Assembly: GCA_000708835.1 (NCBI GenBank)
Contig: DF236953.1
Coordinates: 172,990-236,989 of the forward strand
DNA: 64,000 nt
Source of the DNA: Klebsormidium nitens
Lineage: Eukaryota > Plantae > Klebsormidiophyceae
Direction of reading: 5' to 3'
Under the pieces are notes generated by a model. The model saw only the letters and a program-made list of their open reading frames with translations, ran no database searches and was not told the origin of the DNA. Of the stretch, positions 9,612-21,615 are shown in pieces. How positions within the stretch are numbered: the first letter of the stretch is position 1; each line of letters opens with the position of its first letter. A program made the translations under genes and the position numbers.

Positions 9612-12600
9612 ATGGCAGCTGCAGCAAGTGCCAACCTTGTCAGAAGGGGATTTGCAAGGGGTCCAGTGCTTCAGCAAGGTCTGAGGGGTGATGCATGCAT
9701 AGAATGTGGGGTTGGCGTTGCAGGAGCTCAAACTTTCCTTGGAAGGCGTGTTGCGCATACCAACCCCTCTTCTAGCATTGCAAATTTCGCTCTGTCAACG
9801 GACGGTTTGCTCAGGCGGCACAAGGTAAGCTGCCAATTGGATATATCTCAGATAGGCTGCGTCAGAGCTCAACGAGCTGCCAGTAGAGACGGCGATGTGC
9901 GTTTGTGCAATGCTGTAGAGAGGTGACCCGGTGGAATCTGAACGACATCTAGTCTGGCATGCGACCTTGGCAGAGAAAATTGGATCACAAAAGATTGCGG
10001 ATCCATCTCAAAAGTATTGGACTAGGGGCTTGCTCAGTCAGTCTCTGCACCGAGCTTGCCTGCAGCCCTCTGGCTCTGTGTAATTTCTCTTCATATATAG
10101 ACACAAAAGCAAGCCCCAAGATACGGGGGCAGCAAGTGACACTCCATGCAAGCGTTTCGGCCTCTCTTCTGATACTGGCACTGCAGTATCTCTGATATAT
10201 AAAGTCTTACATCTGCGAAAGAACAGCAGCTACCACATTCAAATCCCAAAGCCTCAGAATGAGGCTTGCGGATCAATCAAAACGCCTCACAACGCGTATG
10301 TTTATATTGATTGCTTTTCTGATTCCAGAAGAAGCCTGACTTCTTTTGAGATACAGGACCTGGGGAAGAGAACACCCAGCCGGCAGAGTACTTGCCGCCC
10401 AATCTGCGCAGCCGGCGAGGCTGCCACTGCAACACAGGTGGCACCCACGGAGTGGGTCCAGAAAACCATCACGTTGAAGCCGAGGCCGAGGTGGGGCTCA
10501 TGGCACAAATCAGGTCCTGTGCAGTTTGTACAGGTTCCAAAGTCTTCCCATACTGCTTTGCACTTGCACGTTCAGTTGTCTGGCTTTGCCCTCCTGACGC
10601 TTAAAATGTTCATTGATACCTTTGTGCTGGATTTGGGAAGACTGGAGGCACAAGCTAGGACGGTCACCGTTTTGAAGAGCCCTTAGACGTGGAGAGGAGT
10701 GGGGACCATGGGCTAAAGAGTTTACTTACTTTTTTCAATGCGAAAAAAGATGTTGAGAAGAGCATGTCGGCGATTCTGGACAGAAGGCACCTCGCTGATT
10801 GGCTGCTGCAAGTACTGCATCTCAGCTGTTGACGGAGAGCATGTTGTGGACTGCAGGGGGTGCCACGTAGTCACGGGGGAGATCCGCAATGCGTTGGGGG
10901 CGGAAATGTCACGATTTACCGTTGGGTTGGCACATTTGTTCAGTGAGTGTCAATTATCCAGTGCAAGTCACGGAAAACTGCCATCCCGATCCATCCTTCG
11001 TAAAGCCGTCAGTGGCTCAAGCTTTGTTTATTGCGCCTTGAGATCTGGTCATGGAACATAAAAATTGGGTTTGCGGCATATGGCTTCTGGAAGTGATTCT
11101 TTTGGCGTCCCCGCTTTGGTATGAAGCATATGTTGTTGGGCCAGAAACTTCTTTGAACAATCTGTGAATGCTCTCGACTTTGGCTGCTTATATTCAAAAG
11201 TGCACAATTGGTGTATGTATCCTCTCGTCCTCTGCTTGCAGTCATGCACACGTCAGCCAGCCTGACCATCAACGAAAACGCCAGTCCCGACGTCCCGCTC
11301 GACATGGCCGACTCGCTTGACAGGATTGTTCCGGAGGTACGGGACTCGTAGTACGGTTCACAAGTTGTATATATTCAAGTTCATTGCTGTCACTGCTGCA
11401 TCAGGCCGAAATCGGCCCGCCTAATTTCGAGAGCAATAGATGGCCCAAGTGAACGCATTTGGTCCATGCCGAGGTCGATGCCTGTCATTGGACGCCTGTA
11501 TCTGTCAGGCGCTCGAACCGGGTGAAGCACATAGTGAGCTGGTGCACCTGTCTGATGTATGTGTGTACAATTGAAGGTCGAGCGAACTTGTTGGGACATG
11601 GTCGCCGTTGGCCGTTGAGAGATGGTCGAGATTCTGTGTGTTCCAGCTACTTCAAAACGGAGCACCGTCTGCATAACTTGGCTGGTTCACCTCTGTCGTT
11701 ATCTCAGATTCATCGTCCGGTTGCCAGAGGCAAATTTGTTCTTTGACCCATTCTATCAGGACTGGTCTCGCCCAAGGGGTACATGAACGGACTGAAAACG
11801 ATTGTCGAGCCGGGATCGTTCAGACTGAAAGACGGGTTTGTGTGGGGCGGCCAACGTGACTCTATTGCTGATCCTTCGTGCTCATACGGCAACCCTGCTA
11901 AGGTTTCCCGACGGGGTGAACCCGTTTCTAAATACACGTTTCTATGCCTGAGTTGTTGTCTGTTGATTGTCTTCCGCATTGACGAACCAGTCGTGAACCA
12001 TTTTCAAAGGTGATTGACATAAGTGGGGATCCGCTCTGTTGCAGGGGCATCATTATCGACATCTAGACGAGGGGATGGACGATATGCCGGGTGAGAATGT
12101 TCCCCTCTCCTGGATGGTCAAATTGAGCCTGCTGGGAAACCCGCTATTTTTAAGAATGAGCATCGGTACCGGGTACGGGATGGGACAAGGAGCTTCGTGC
12201 CTACTTTCTGCAGTTGCCACTGGCAGGAAACGTGTCTCGAAGCAGGACCAAGCGAATCTTCGTTTACTCATAAAGAGGCACCGTCTTTTCACTCACTCCT
12301 CGAATCAGGACAGCATCTGGGTCGCCCGATCTCACGTGATCTTGTAGCCTTCGCTAACCGACATTGACTGAGACACCACAACTGTCATGTTCTTGAAATG
12401 GCCAACCAGGAGCTTGTGAGATCAAAAATTTGGCTGAATGAAGGCTTCGTTTTCACGCTTTTCTATTCCTGTCCATCTTCGAGTGACATAGGCTGCAAGC
12501 AACTTCTGTTGTCGGATAGATAAGGGATTGATCAAACGTCCCAAGTTATTGACGGGGTCTTTAGGATCCAGGTTTCCTGCTAGTTGGACAACCATGTCCT

Positions 12601-13438
12601 GCCTCCAATCAGCAAGGCGACAGCCACAGATGTGTCCGGTAACAAGAGGGGGGCAACCTTTTGAGCGTGAAGGATGCAGCTTAGACTGGTCCTACTTTTG
12701 CAGGTTCTTTCAGTAAGCTAGGCCCCACGGAGCCACCTTTCTCAAGGCCAACCGCCTTTACAAAATCACACAAAGCAGTAAATATTCTGAGAAGGGATCG
12801 TCGCGTGACTCTCTCACCATTGCCGGAATATCATTGGAAGAGGAGGCTTCTCAACCGCTGTTTCTCGTGTCCAGCGCACGTCAAGGGATCCCTCATGGGC
12901 TTTTCGGTGACGATACCCATCACGAGCGGACGACTGAACATGGGCACGTGGCAGGTAGGTGCTCGAGCCCCGATTGGCCATGTCCAACGAATGCACATCT
13001 TTTTAGGAGGCACCAGTTCCTACGTCGATTCTGGAACTTTTGCTAGGATTCCAGAGACTGACAACGAGCCAAGTCCAGCCGTGCTGTTGGTGTCTGAGGC
13101 CGAAAAAGAGATTGCTCGTGATACAGTCAGTTTTCAGTTTTCGAGGTGGTCAGGATGCTTTGTCCGTATTGTGGTAGCTATGCTCCGGTCAGTGTGACGA
13201 GCTGCTGATTGACTACCCGTCGTGATTGCCGCCAGCCCCCTAGCCATCGACGCTTAGTTCAAACAATCTGGGAGGCTCTTACAACCTCACAATCAGATTA
13301 TGGAATGTGTTTATTGTCACGGACTGTTCGTTTGCGCAGGGAATCTATCTGAACGAGCACAGGAACTATGGGGGGCCGAGGAAGCTTTGTGTCACTATCC
13401 AGGGGCAGGTCCGACCCGATGGCAGATCATATCAATAG
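9612..13438 (+). CDS. yjbQ: UPF0047/YjbQ family protein with ~100-aa N-terminal extension, 250 aa; exons 9612-9824, 10357-10490, 10857-10942, 11242-11336, 12045-12090, 12875-12954, 13340-13438
   Basis: WVQKTITLKPRPRGCHVVT, HTSASLTINENASPDV, YRHLDEGMDDMPAHVKGSLMG, LNMGTWQGIYLNEHR match the UPF0047 signature; all phases consistent (753 nt). Confidence 0.93.
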
Positions 13439-14554
13439 GGGGGAAGCGATATTTCGAATGAAAACCGCTTTTTATGTACATAAATGATGCTCGTTGAATG
13501 CTGAGGACGCTCGCTAATGTAATGATTGCTTGAGTCTTTACATCATCAATTCATGGTAACGACGTCGTACAAGGACTTGTATGCATAGTTGATTGCCGTG
13601 TCTCGGATTGTCTGGCAGATGGAATGTGGATTCCACAGAAGTAAAGTCTAAGTACGTTGTCTACAAGAGATATGTTTGTGCTCTGAGCGGAGGAACGTTT
13701 CGACTCACGCCTCCTTTGATCGGCGCGGTGTGCACACTGGCCTTTTGACTGCAGGGCGCAAAAGCCTACGCGGCGCTATCATACATTACTGCTAATTCAT
13801 CACGATAGAAGAATGATCCAATCATCATCATCGTACGTTCCAATTGCGGCGGGCGGAAGCACAGTAGGCACAAGGTCAGATTAATTCAAGGATCTGGCAT
13901 GTCGACTATGTATACTTGATTGCGCTGCGGATTACGCACACGCGGCATGCTAATATTGCATCATGCACGACCGGATTGCGTGGCCGGCATGTTATTTCTG
14001 CCTCGCGGCGATCATTTGAAGCTGCGCCGCCGCGCGCGCGCATGCATGGCGGCCGATTGCATCATTCACGACACAATCAGCATGCGCAGGGCTGCCAGTT
14101 CTGGCATGATATTTGCGTCTCGATAAATTGACTCAATTAGCGATTTTACCAATGATTGGCTCACCATGAGCACATGGCATGGCTCAGTGACACAGTGTAT
14201 AACACATTCTAGCTGTGCTGCGTACTCGACGAACATAATATGGATACGCTTCAAGCAATCGCTTTGCTTTCAGAACCGTACAATGTTGACTTTGCCTAAT
14301 TGACCCAACTGTGAACAACTCAACCGTTTATGCAGTGATCAATCCCAACCAATCCCAACTGATGTCGACTTATTCCTCTGATTTCGGTGTCCACCCTGCA
14401 TTGAAAGTGCGTCTATAGGTTTGAATTCAGTGACTCGTCTTTTTGACGACTGATCGCTCAAATCAGTAATGTCAGTCAATGCCGCTAGCTTTTTCAAACA
14501 ATCTTCAGCTTTATTTGACAATCAGGCTTTATACTAAACACTTACAAGTCAAGG

Positions 14555-16072
14555 TCAGATGGTCACTACCACTTTACCTCGAACATGCCCCTCTTCTAGG
14601 TACTTGAGAGCAGCTGGGACCTGGTCGAATGTGTAGCTCTTCTCGATGGGAGACACAAACTTCTCAGCCTCAATGAGGTCTTTCAAGTCGTTGAGGTACT
14701 TGCTGGATGCCAAGTTGATGATTATGGCAATCCTTCGGCGGTTGAACGGATTCAACTTAGCCATGAGATGGTCCCACGTTTTCCCTATCCAGACCCCCCT
14801 TCCGAGACCCCCAGCTCCAACGTAGATGCCTTTTGGAGTCAAGACTTGACAGCAGGCTGCAATGGGGTGCGTTGTCACGATGTCCATGACCACATCGTAC
14901 TTCTTGTCAGACTTGGTGAAGTCCTCAACGGTATAGTCAATCGCATGGTCGGCTCCCAGTGACTGAACAAGCTCCAAGTTTTTTGTGCTGCACACGGCAG
15001 TGACCTCCGCTCCCATTGCTTTGGCAATCTGCACCGCGGCCGTTCCAACGCCTCCCGAGGCGCCGTTGATGAGAACTTTTTGACCAGGAAGCACCTTTGC
15101 AGTGTCACGGATCCCTTGGAGGGCAGTTGGGGCAGAGACGGGGACAGCTGCTGCTTGTTCAAACGTCATGTTGGAAGGCTTTGTGCACAGAAGCTTCTCG
15201 GGGACGCAGACATACCTGTGAGAGGAGGACTTGTATTAGTGTTCGCCGACCCATATTTGAGAAAACGGGTTTCTAATTGTTTCATGGCTTGGGGCTACAG
15301 AGTTATGGGAAAACTACAAAAGTTGCTGCCTTCCTTCCCTTCTTGTAGCAATTGACAGGTCAGCCCCATTTGTACAGGCAATTGCCAATTCTGCCTGTCC
15401 AAAGGAAAGTGTAAAATGCAGAGGTATCTTGTTGTTTTGGCTGAGACAATGGAAGTCTTCCCTTTGATGCCAAGTCAGAGAAGGAAAGCATCCAGATCGT
15501 TGCCCACTTGAGATAGCCCAACTCAGGAGGTAAAGAGTCCAAAGACTGCATAGTACTTGCCCAGTATATTACTGACCATTCGTTTGAAACTATGTTCTTT
15601 GTGCTTCCGAGTGCTGAAGTAAGAGACATGTCCCCAGGTGTTCAATTCTGTGACACGCTACAGCCAGTGATGAAGAAGGATCTAAGATGCGCAATGCCAA
15701 CCGTAAAGTAGAAGAAAGTGAAGTTCTTTCAATTGTTTTGGATTCTTACTCTCCAAATGCCCCCAGCAGACTGACGTCATTCTCTGCAAACACCTCGTCC
15801 CCCTTGCGGAACAACGTCACCGTCTTCCCAGCCGCCTCAACCACTCCCGACAGAGCGCCCCCCAGAACAATGCCCGCTTTGGGCTTTCTTACCCCCAACA
15901 TGAGCCGGACAAGGTACGGGTCGCCCCTCATAAGGTGCCAGTCAGCAGCATTGAGGCCTGCCGCGCGGACCCGTATCAGAACTTGGTCATCTTTTGGGAT
16001 GGGCTTTTCAATCTCTCTGAGCTCAAGGGCGTCGTCGGGGGCTCCATACTGCTTCAGAACGTAGGCTTTCAT
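14555..16072 (-). CDS. MDR-superfamily NAD(P)-dependent oxidoreductase (quinone-reductase / zinc-free ADH-like), 327 aa; exons 16072-15750 and 15215-14555
   Basis: GroES-like N-domain (VLIRVRAAGLNAADWHLMRG), Rossmann motif VLINGASGGVGTAAVQIAK, C-terminal GHVRGKVVV; single phase-2 GT-AG intron joining GAFGE|YVCVPEK. Confidence 0.93.
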
Positions 16073-16630
16073 TCTGCTCGGTGACTGGCGTAACGGGTGA
16101 GCAATTCAGCAATTGGAGGGCAGAATTGATTTGTATCTGCTGGTTGTTTTCAAAAGCCTTTTGACAAAGCGACCGCCCTTTTACTCTGTTGACATTAATT
16201 GCAATGTGGCCGAGCCCGATGCTGTAGAATCTAGAAGGCTTGCACAACAATGGCTGCCTCATTCGGTCCCTCAAGCAGCTGGACGTCAATGTATGTCATT
16301 GACATCGTACCTTCTTGATGTCAACACGCTATGAACAGAGGATTCAATCTCTCTTTGCAGCTGACGTAGGGGGAGGGGGATGAGAGAACCAGCTGTTAAC
16401 GTAAGGCCCTTTCAACGCTTGCGCTGGGCTTTTAGGGTTCGAGAAGCTAGGGTTTTACTTGTGGCGCTGGTGCGGCGTTACGGTTGTCGACCAAAGGTTC
16501 CGCCGGAATGCCGCTTGTCTGCTCTCCTTGCGCAGCCTCAGCCTCAGGCTCAGGAGAAGCCGTGCGTGGTGTAGGCTTATAGCAGTTGTGCTGCAGCAGA
16601 CATCCGATTCGCGCAGAAGGGCCCTGCGCC

Positions 16631-19600
16631 ATGGCGTGTTCAAAGCTCCAATCAGCAACTGAGCTGCTTGATTTCTCTGCATTCTCGAGCTCCCGAAGGT
16701 CGGGCAATGCACGTACTCAGGCGCCAGTTGAGCTTATCGGCAAGTCTGCTCAACGACGGCGGTGCGACGGAGCATTTTCAGCACACGAAAGCGGCAACAG
16801 ATCGTTGGACCAATGCAGAGTCGGTTGGGGAAGAAAGAGGAGGACAAGAATCAGGAGCAGTAACGCAAGGGAATCTTTGACCCCTGAGGAGCACAATCAA
16901 GAGCCCTTCGAGCAGAGGGCCGCTAGCAAAAACGCAGGAAATGAATGGGCTAAGTGGCCAGGATGGACCGGCCTTGAAGATGCATTCGTGGACCGTGTGC
17001 ATATCATCCTTTCTCAGCTAGAGTTGAGGTTTCGATTGTTGTTGAAGACCTTCGCCTACTCACTGCTAGCAGCCGCAGTCGCTCTCTTCATCAGCACAGG
17101 AACGGCAAGGGCCGCCGGGAGAAGTCAAGCCCCGCTGCCGCCTTCTTCTACTGTTGCACAGCAATCCTCTATTTTACCACCAGCACAGAGCAAAGAAAGC
17201 GACGCACCGATAGACTGGGGCCGATCGCTACCTGATGAGGAGGACTGGCCTCTGGAGGAGAGGGAGGGCCTTCAGAGCGACTTGCTCGAGCATGACGTTC
17301 GGGACAGTCAGATAGACAAAGCATTTGAAACTGCGGAAACCAGCGACTCAGACGAAGACTGGTCGGAAGCTGGCAATACAAAGGGGAGTCAAATGGGAAA
17401 CAGTGGTTCAGGAGTACAAGGCAATGGGGCTGCAGGTGCGGAAATCTGTTTTCTCTGTAACATTGAAGTTTCTCCTCGAAAAGGGCGTACTAACACCCAA
17501 GAAAAGCGAAGAGAAAACGCTCGGCTCATGGGGCCCAAGTCTCAGGACAAGAAATAGAAAACTATCTGTCCCCAAGCTTTCACTCCCAAGAAGTATCGAT
17601 GCTAGTAAAGATTGACTTATAAAAGATTTGACTAACAAGAGATTGACCAATAACCAGCCCTTCTTTTGGCTTCATTCAGCCGTTCCACCAGGTGCGTCTA
17701 TGGAGTCGATCAAGTACAATTGAGCGTCCCTTATGTGCAGGTTCAGAGACGGGGCACCACTGGGATGGGGACCTGTCCGCTTATGATAGGCAGCTGAAGG
17801 AGATCAAAGCGGAGGCGGAGAGGACAAAAAAGACGAGGGCGCGTGTGGTGCCCTGGCAGCTCCGAATTGCGGCGGTCCGTGATAGCCACCCAGTCGAGTG
17901 GGTCAAGATGTTTTCGCTTACGCAGGGGAAGCACGTCGTGCTCACACGGAAAGTGATCGCAAATCATGCTGATCTGCTGAAGAAGGTGGGTTCTCAATGG
18001 TCTCTCGTAGTGCATAATGAGATGACAGTCGTCAATCTTTTGCGCTGCTTGTTCTAACCTTCTTTTCTGTCAGGTTGTACCTTGTTTGCATCCTTCTCAC
18101 TCTTTTCGTTTGTCTTGCTTTTCGTTCTCTCTCTCCCTCTTTTCCGTTTTGTCGGTCAAAGAGGTCAATGCTAAAGATGCCGAGGATCACTGGCTTGAGC
18201 TCTAGTAAAGAAAGTGCTTGACTCACAAAAATCGCAACCGGATGCATGGGTCTTTTTCCTTCTCTCTGGTGTATTGACGGACGTTCTGACCCTCATAATC
18301 CAGACTCTCAAACCTGCTTCGACCTTACGCGCCTGATCTTCGTGCAGCTCGCGAAAGAGAAGGCTGCCAAGAAGCCCACCAAGGGTGGGTTGCTGTCCCA
18401 CGAGATAGTGTCAGTCGGGGGCGCCTGGCTGAAGCCTGCCGTGCAGCAAGGCCTCTTGACACCACTCCCGTTCGCCCAGCAGTCGGAGTGGTGGGAGAGG
18501 CTAGGCCCGAAATGGAGGCGCTTCGTGACCCGAAATGCTGATGGTGAGACTCACTGCCTCGTTTCTGTTCACATTTCCTTCAATGCTAGTTGGCCTTTCA
18601 TTAATGGCAAGATTCCAGAAAGTACGAACGCTCTGCCGTCCTAAACCTGGCCCTGGGGTCCTCTCCATGAATCTGCAAAGCTGGAACGAAACTCCAGTCC
18701 GTGACTCGCTCACGGATCCATTGTTTCTTCTGCAAGCTGGCTCGAGCAATCACCCGTGGGGTTGAACTTGGCGTTTCTGTGCACTCGTCTCGATCTCATG
18801 TTGACCAAGGGCCATGTTGACTAAGGAGGGCGCCCGGGGGACGGGTAGGGTTAGTTTGGGGGTTAGGGTGGGTACGGGTGCGGAGCGTGTCAATTGTAGG
18901 TTTAGGTTTTTGATTTGCTTTTGTCCCCGCGCACTGTCCTTAGTCAACATGCTCTTAGTCAACATGAAATCCAGAAGATTTTTCTATGCCGCGTAAGTCC
19001 GTTGTCCGTTCTTAATAGAAACGCTTCAGCTTCCAGCGCATCGTTTGAACAAGTCGGGCATGTTGTGTGCAGGGGACCTGGACAGCAAAGGTAGCGTGTA
19101 CGCAGTACCCTATCGTTTTGGCCAGATAGTTGTTGCATACCGAGCAGATATGGTGAGGTCCCCACACTACTCTATGTTCCTCATTCTGAACCCTCGCCCG
19201 TGAACAGCACAGATTCTGAGCTTCGTAAGCGGATGTAAGACAACATTTGTCCTCGACAGACCTGGAACAGATGTGGCCGGATAACTGGTTAACCAACCTT
19301 TGCTACTAAAGAAGTCACTTTCGGTAAAGAAGCCGCCTCGCCTGTGATGATCGATCGTCGCCTCTGTAAGCCGATTGGGGTGCTGAAGGAGCAGTTTCCG
19401 TGTCGAGCTTGCAGATAGATGTAATTGGCGGGCCTATCGAGGATTGGGGCGACCTCTTCCGCCCCCAGCTCAAGGGACAGGTCGCCATGCTGGGGGCTCC
19501 GCAAGAGGTGAGACCCGGAGCAAGAAGCATTGATTTGAAAAGCTTCCGAACGAGGCCAGTCAATGTCGTGGGTGAGGAGAATTTTTGGGGAAGCTTTTTG

Positions 19601-21615
19601 TCGAAATGCTGCCGGCCCCTACCGAATGTTGTCCGTGTTGGTGTTCGAACCTAAGGAGATACATCTATGTCGCTTCTCGGGTCATAGAAACTGGACTCTA
19701 CGGGCATGGGCATTTGAGGACTTCTGGACGTCTTGTAGTCTCCTGCAGACCGCCACAGAAGAAGGTGTGACCAGTCTGGGCCACACAACTTGATCAGGCC
19801 CGATCAGTCATTTATTGATTCGCCGTTGCAGAACCTGTGTACCTGGTGAAGCAGAGCATCATTTTCAGATTGAAAGTACTGGACATCTGGAAAGAGGGTT
19901 GACGCATAGGCACTGGATTTAAAGCACTTGACGAAAGGGCGGAAATGGACGAAGAATCGAACAATTGGAGTAACCTTTACATCTCCGACGCTTGTTGTCT
20001 GTTTCCCGGACAGAGCCCTTGATATGCTACTTTTTTGCTCAGTCTTAAGTATGTTCAAATATTGGTCCTTGCAGGTGGTAGGAATTGTGCTCAAGTCCCT
20101 CGGCGCCTCGGCAAACGCGCGCAACTTCGATCGAGATGTCCCGGGGGGGCGGCAAGCATTAGTAGAACGCTACATACAGTTGCGAAAGCAGGTGAGGCAG
20201 CGGGTTGATGTGTGGGCCCCATTGGGAACTTTACCGGGGACGTCGGAGTGAATCGGCCGTGCTTTGCATCTGCACTGTCCCGGATTTTTGGTGCGGTTAC
20301 TGCAGGAAGCCGATTTTCTCCGGTGGAAGCTGTTGCTCATCTTAATGTAGAGATCAACTGAGACTAGGAAACCAAACCCGCTCGAGCACGGAAGCAAAAT
20401 CAAAAATCTGCTTTGCAGCGTGAGATTGCTGAATCCTGGGTTCTTGACATCGCTCTGACCTCTAATCTTCCTTCAGGTCCGCGTGTTTGGAGATGTTCAA
20501 TTCGCGCCGGCGCTGCGTAACGGCGACGTCCTGGCAGCCGTCGGATGGGCCGAGAACTTCCTCCCTATTGCGGCACGCATGTCGGCCGTCAAAACGGTCA
20601 CGCCTGCGTCCGGCACGCTCCTCTGGGCGGACTTCTGGGTGAGATCATACTCCTTTGCTGATCTCTCCATCGATAAGGACGGCTGACATTCTGGCCGATC
20701 GATTCTAGAGGGAATCGTGACACTTCGGATGCTAAGAAGCGGACAGAGATGGCCCTCACCAACGCGTTCTACTGGACAGATTGCTCCTGCTTCGCCCCAT
20801 TTGTCCATTCCATACACGTACCCAGCCTCTCCGCAAGCTTTTCCGACGTGTGGCAGTGCACGTGCATACGTCTCCTTCAAAGGGCACTTACAGACTCGTC
20901 GCCGGAAGACCTCTGTTTTGCCCGACGCCTCAGTTGAACCAGTCCTAAAACAGCTTCGCTCTTTCGCTTGCAGGGGGTTCCCTCTGGCAGCGAGCTGACC
21001 CCTGTGAGCCAGCAGTGGCTCGACTATTGCCTCCAGCCCGACCGGGCCAAGGGCCTGGGGGCCGAGAAGCTGGGCCTCTCCCCGCTCATCCTCCCCCCCT
21101 TTCCGGAGTCGCCCGTCCCGGGCTTACCCCTACAAGCCCAGCTAGCGTCAGCGAACGGAGGCGACTGGAGGATGGCGATTGCGAACCGGGACGACGGGGA
21201 TGTGACGTCAGAGAGACGTCAGAGCGGCGCGGGGGCGAGCACCGGGCCGGCCGAGAGCAACGAGGGGAGGGCGAGGTTCAACGGGTTATACGCGCCTAGG
21301 ATGGCGGTTAGTGCGCAAGTGTCGGGCGTCGGGAAGGGGCCATTTGAGAAAGGGGTTACTAGTGGGCAGTTGCCGAGGCTCGAGGTGTTGGATAGAAGCG
21401 AGCTGCTGGAGCCGTTGGATGAGCGAGGCCAAGCGGAGTTCCGCTGGCTGCTGGGCTTGGTGGAGGAAATGGAAACGGAAAGCTTGCAGGAGCGGGCGAA
21501 ACGAAGGTGGGGAGAGGTCGTAGAGGTGGGAGGAGGTGTCAGGAATGCAGCACGGACGAAGGTGCAAGAATTGACGAACAGAATGCACGCGCTACGTGCA
21601 GCGTCGTCAAAGTGA
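16631..21615 (+). CDS. ENF2: Plastid-type PotD/PotF-like polyamine-binding protein (ENF2-like), 779 aa; exons 16631-17435, 17741-17985, 18348-18543, 19073-19152, 19415-19507, 20075-20191, 20477-20638, 20974-21615
   Basis: LRIAAVRDSHP, IVSVGGAWL, VYAVPYRFG, EDWGDLFRPQLKGQVAM, GDVLAAVGW, SGTLLWADFW, QWLDYCLQP, SELLEPL resemble cyanobacterial/plant PotD-like proteins. Transit-like N-terminus and one hydrophobic segment; phases consistent (2340 nt). Confidence 0.88.
18788..18975. mobile_element. MITE-like foldback element with telomere-like core, in an intron
   Basis: Left tctcgatctcatgttgaccaagggccatgttgactaagga pairs imperfectly with right tccttagtcaacatgctcttagtcaacatgaaatccaga; an inner ggggac/gtcccc pair; core contains gggtagggttag, gggttaggg and gtttagg. 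No TSD found. Confidence 0.6.
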
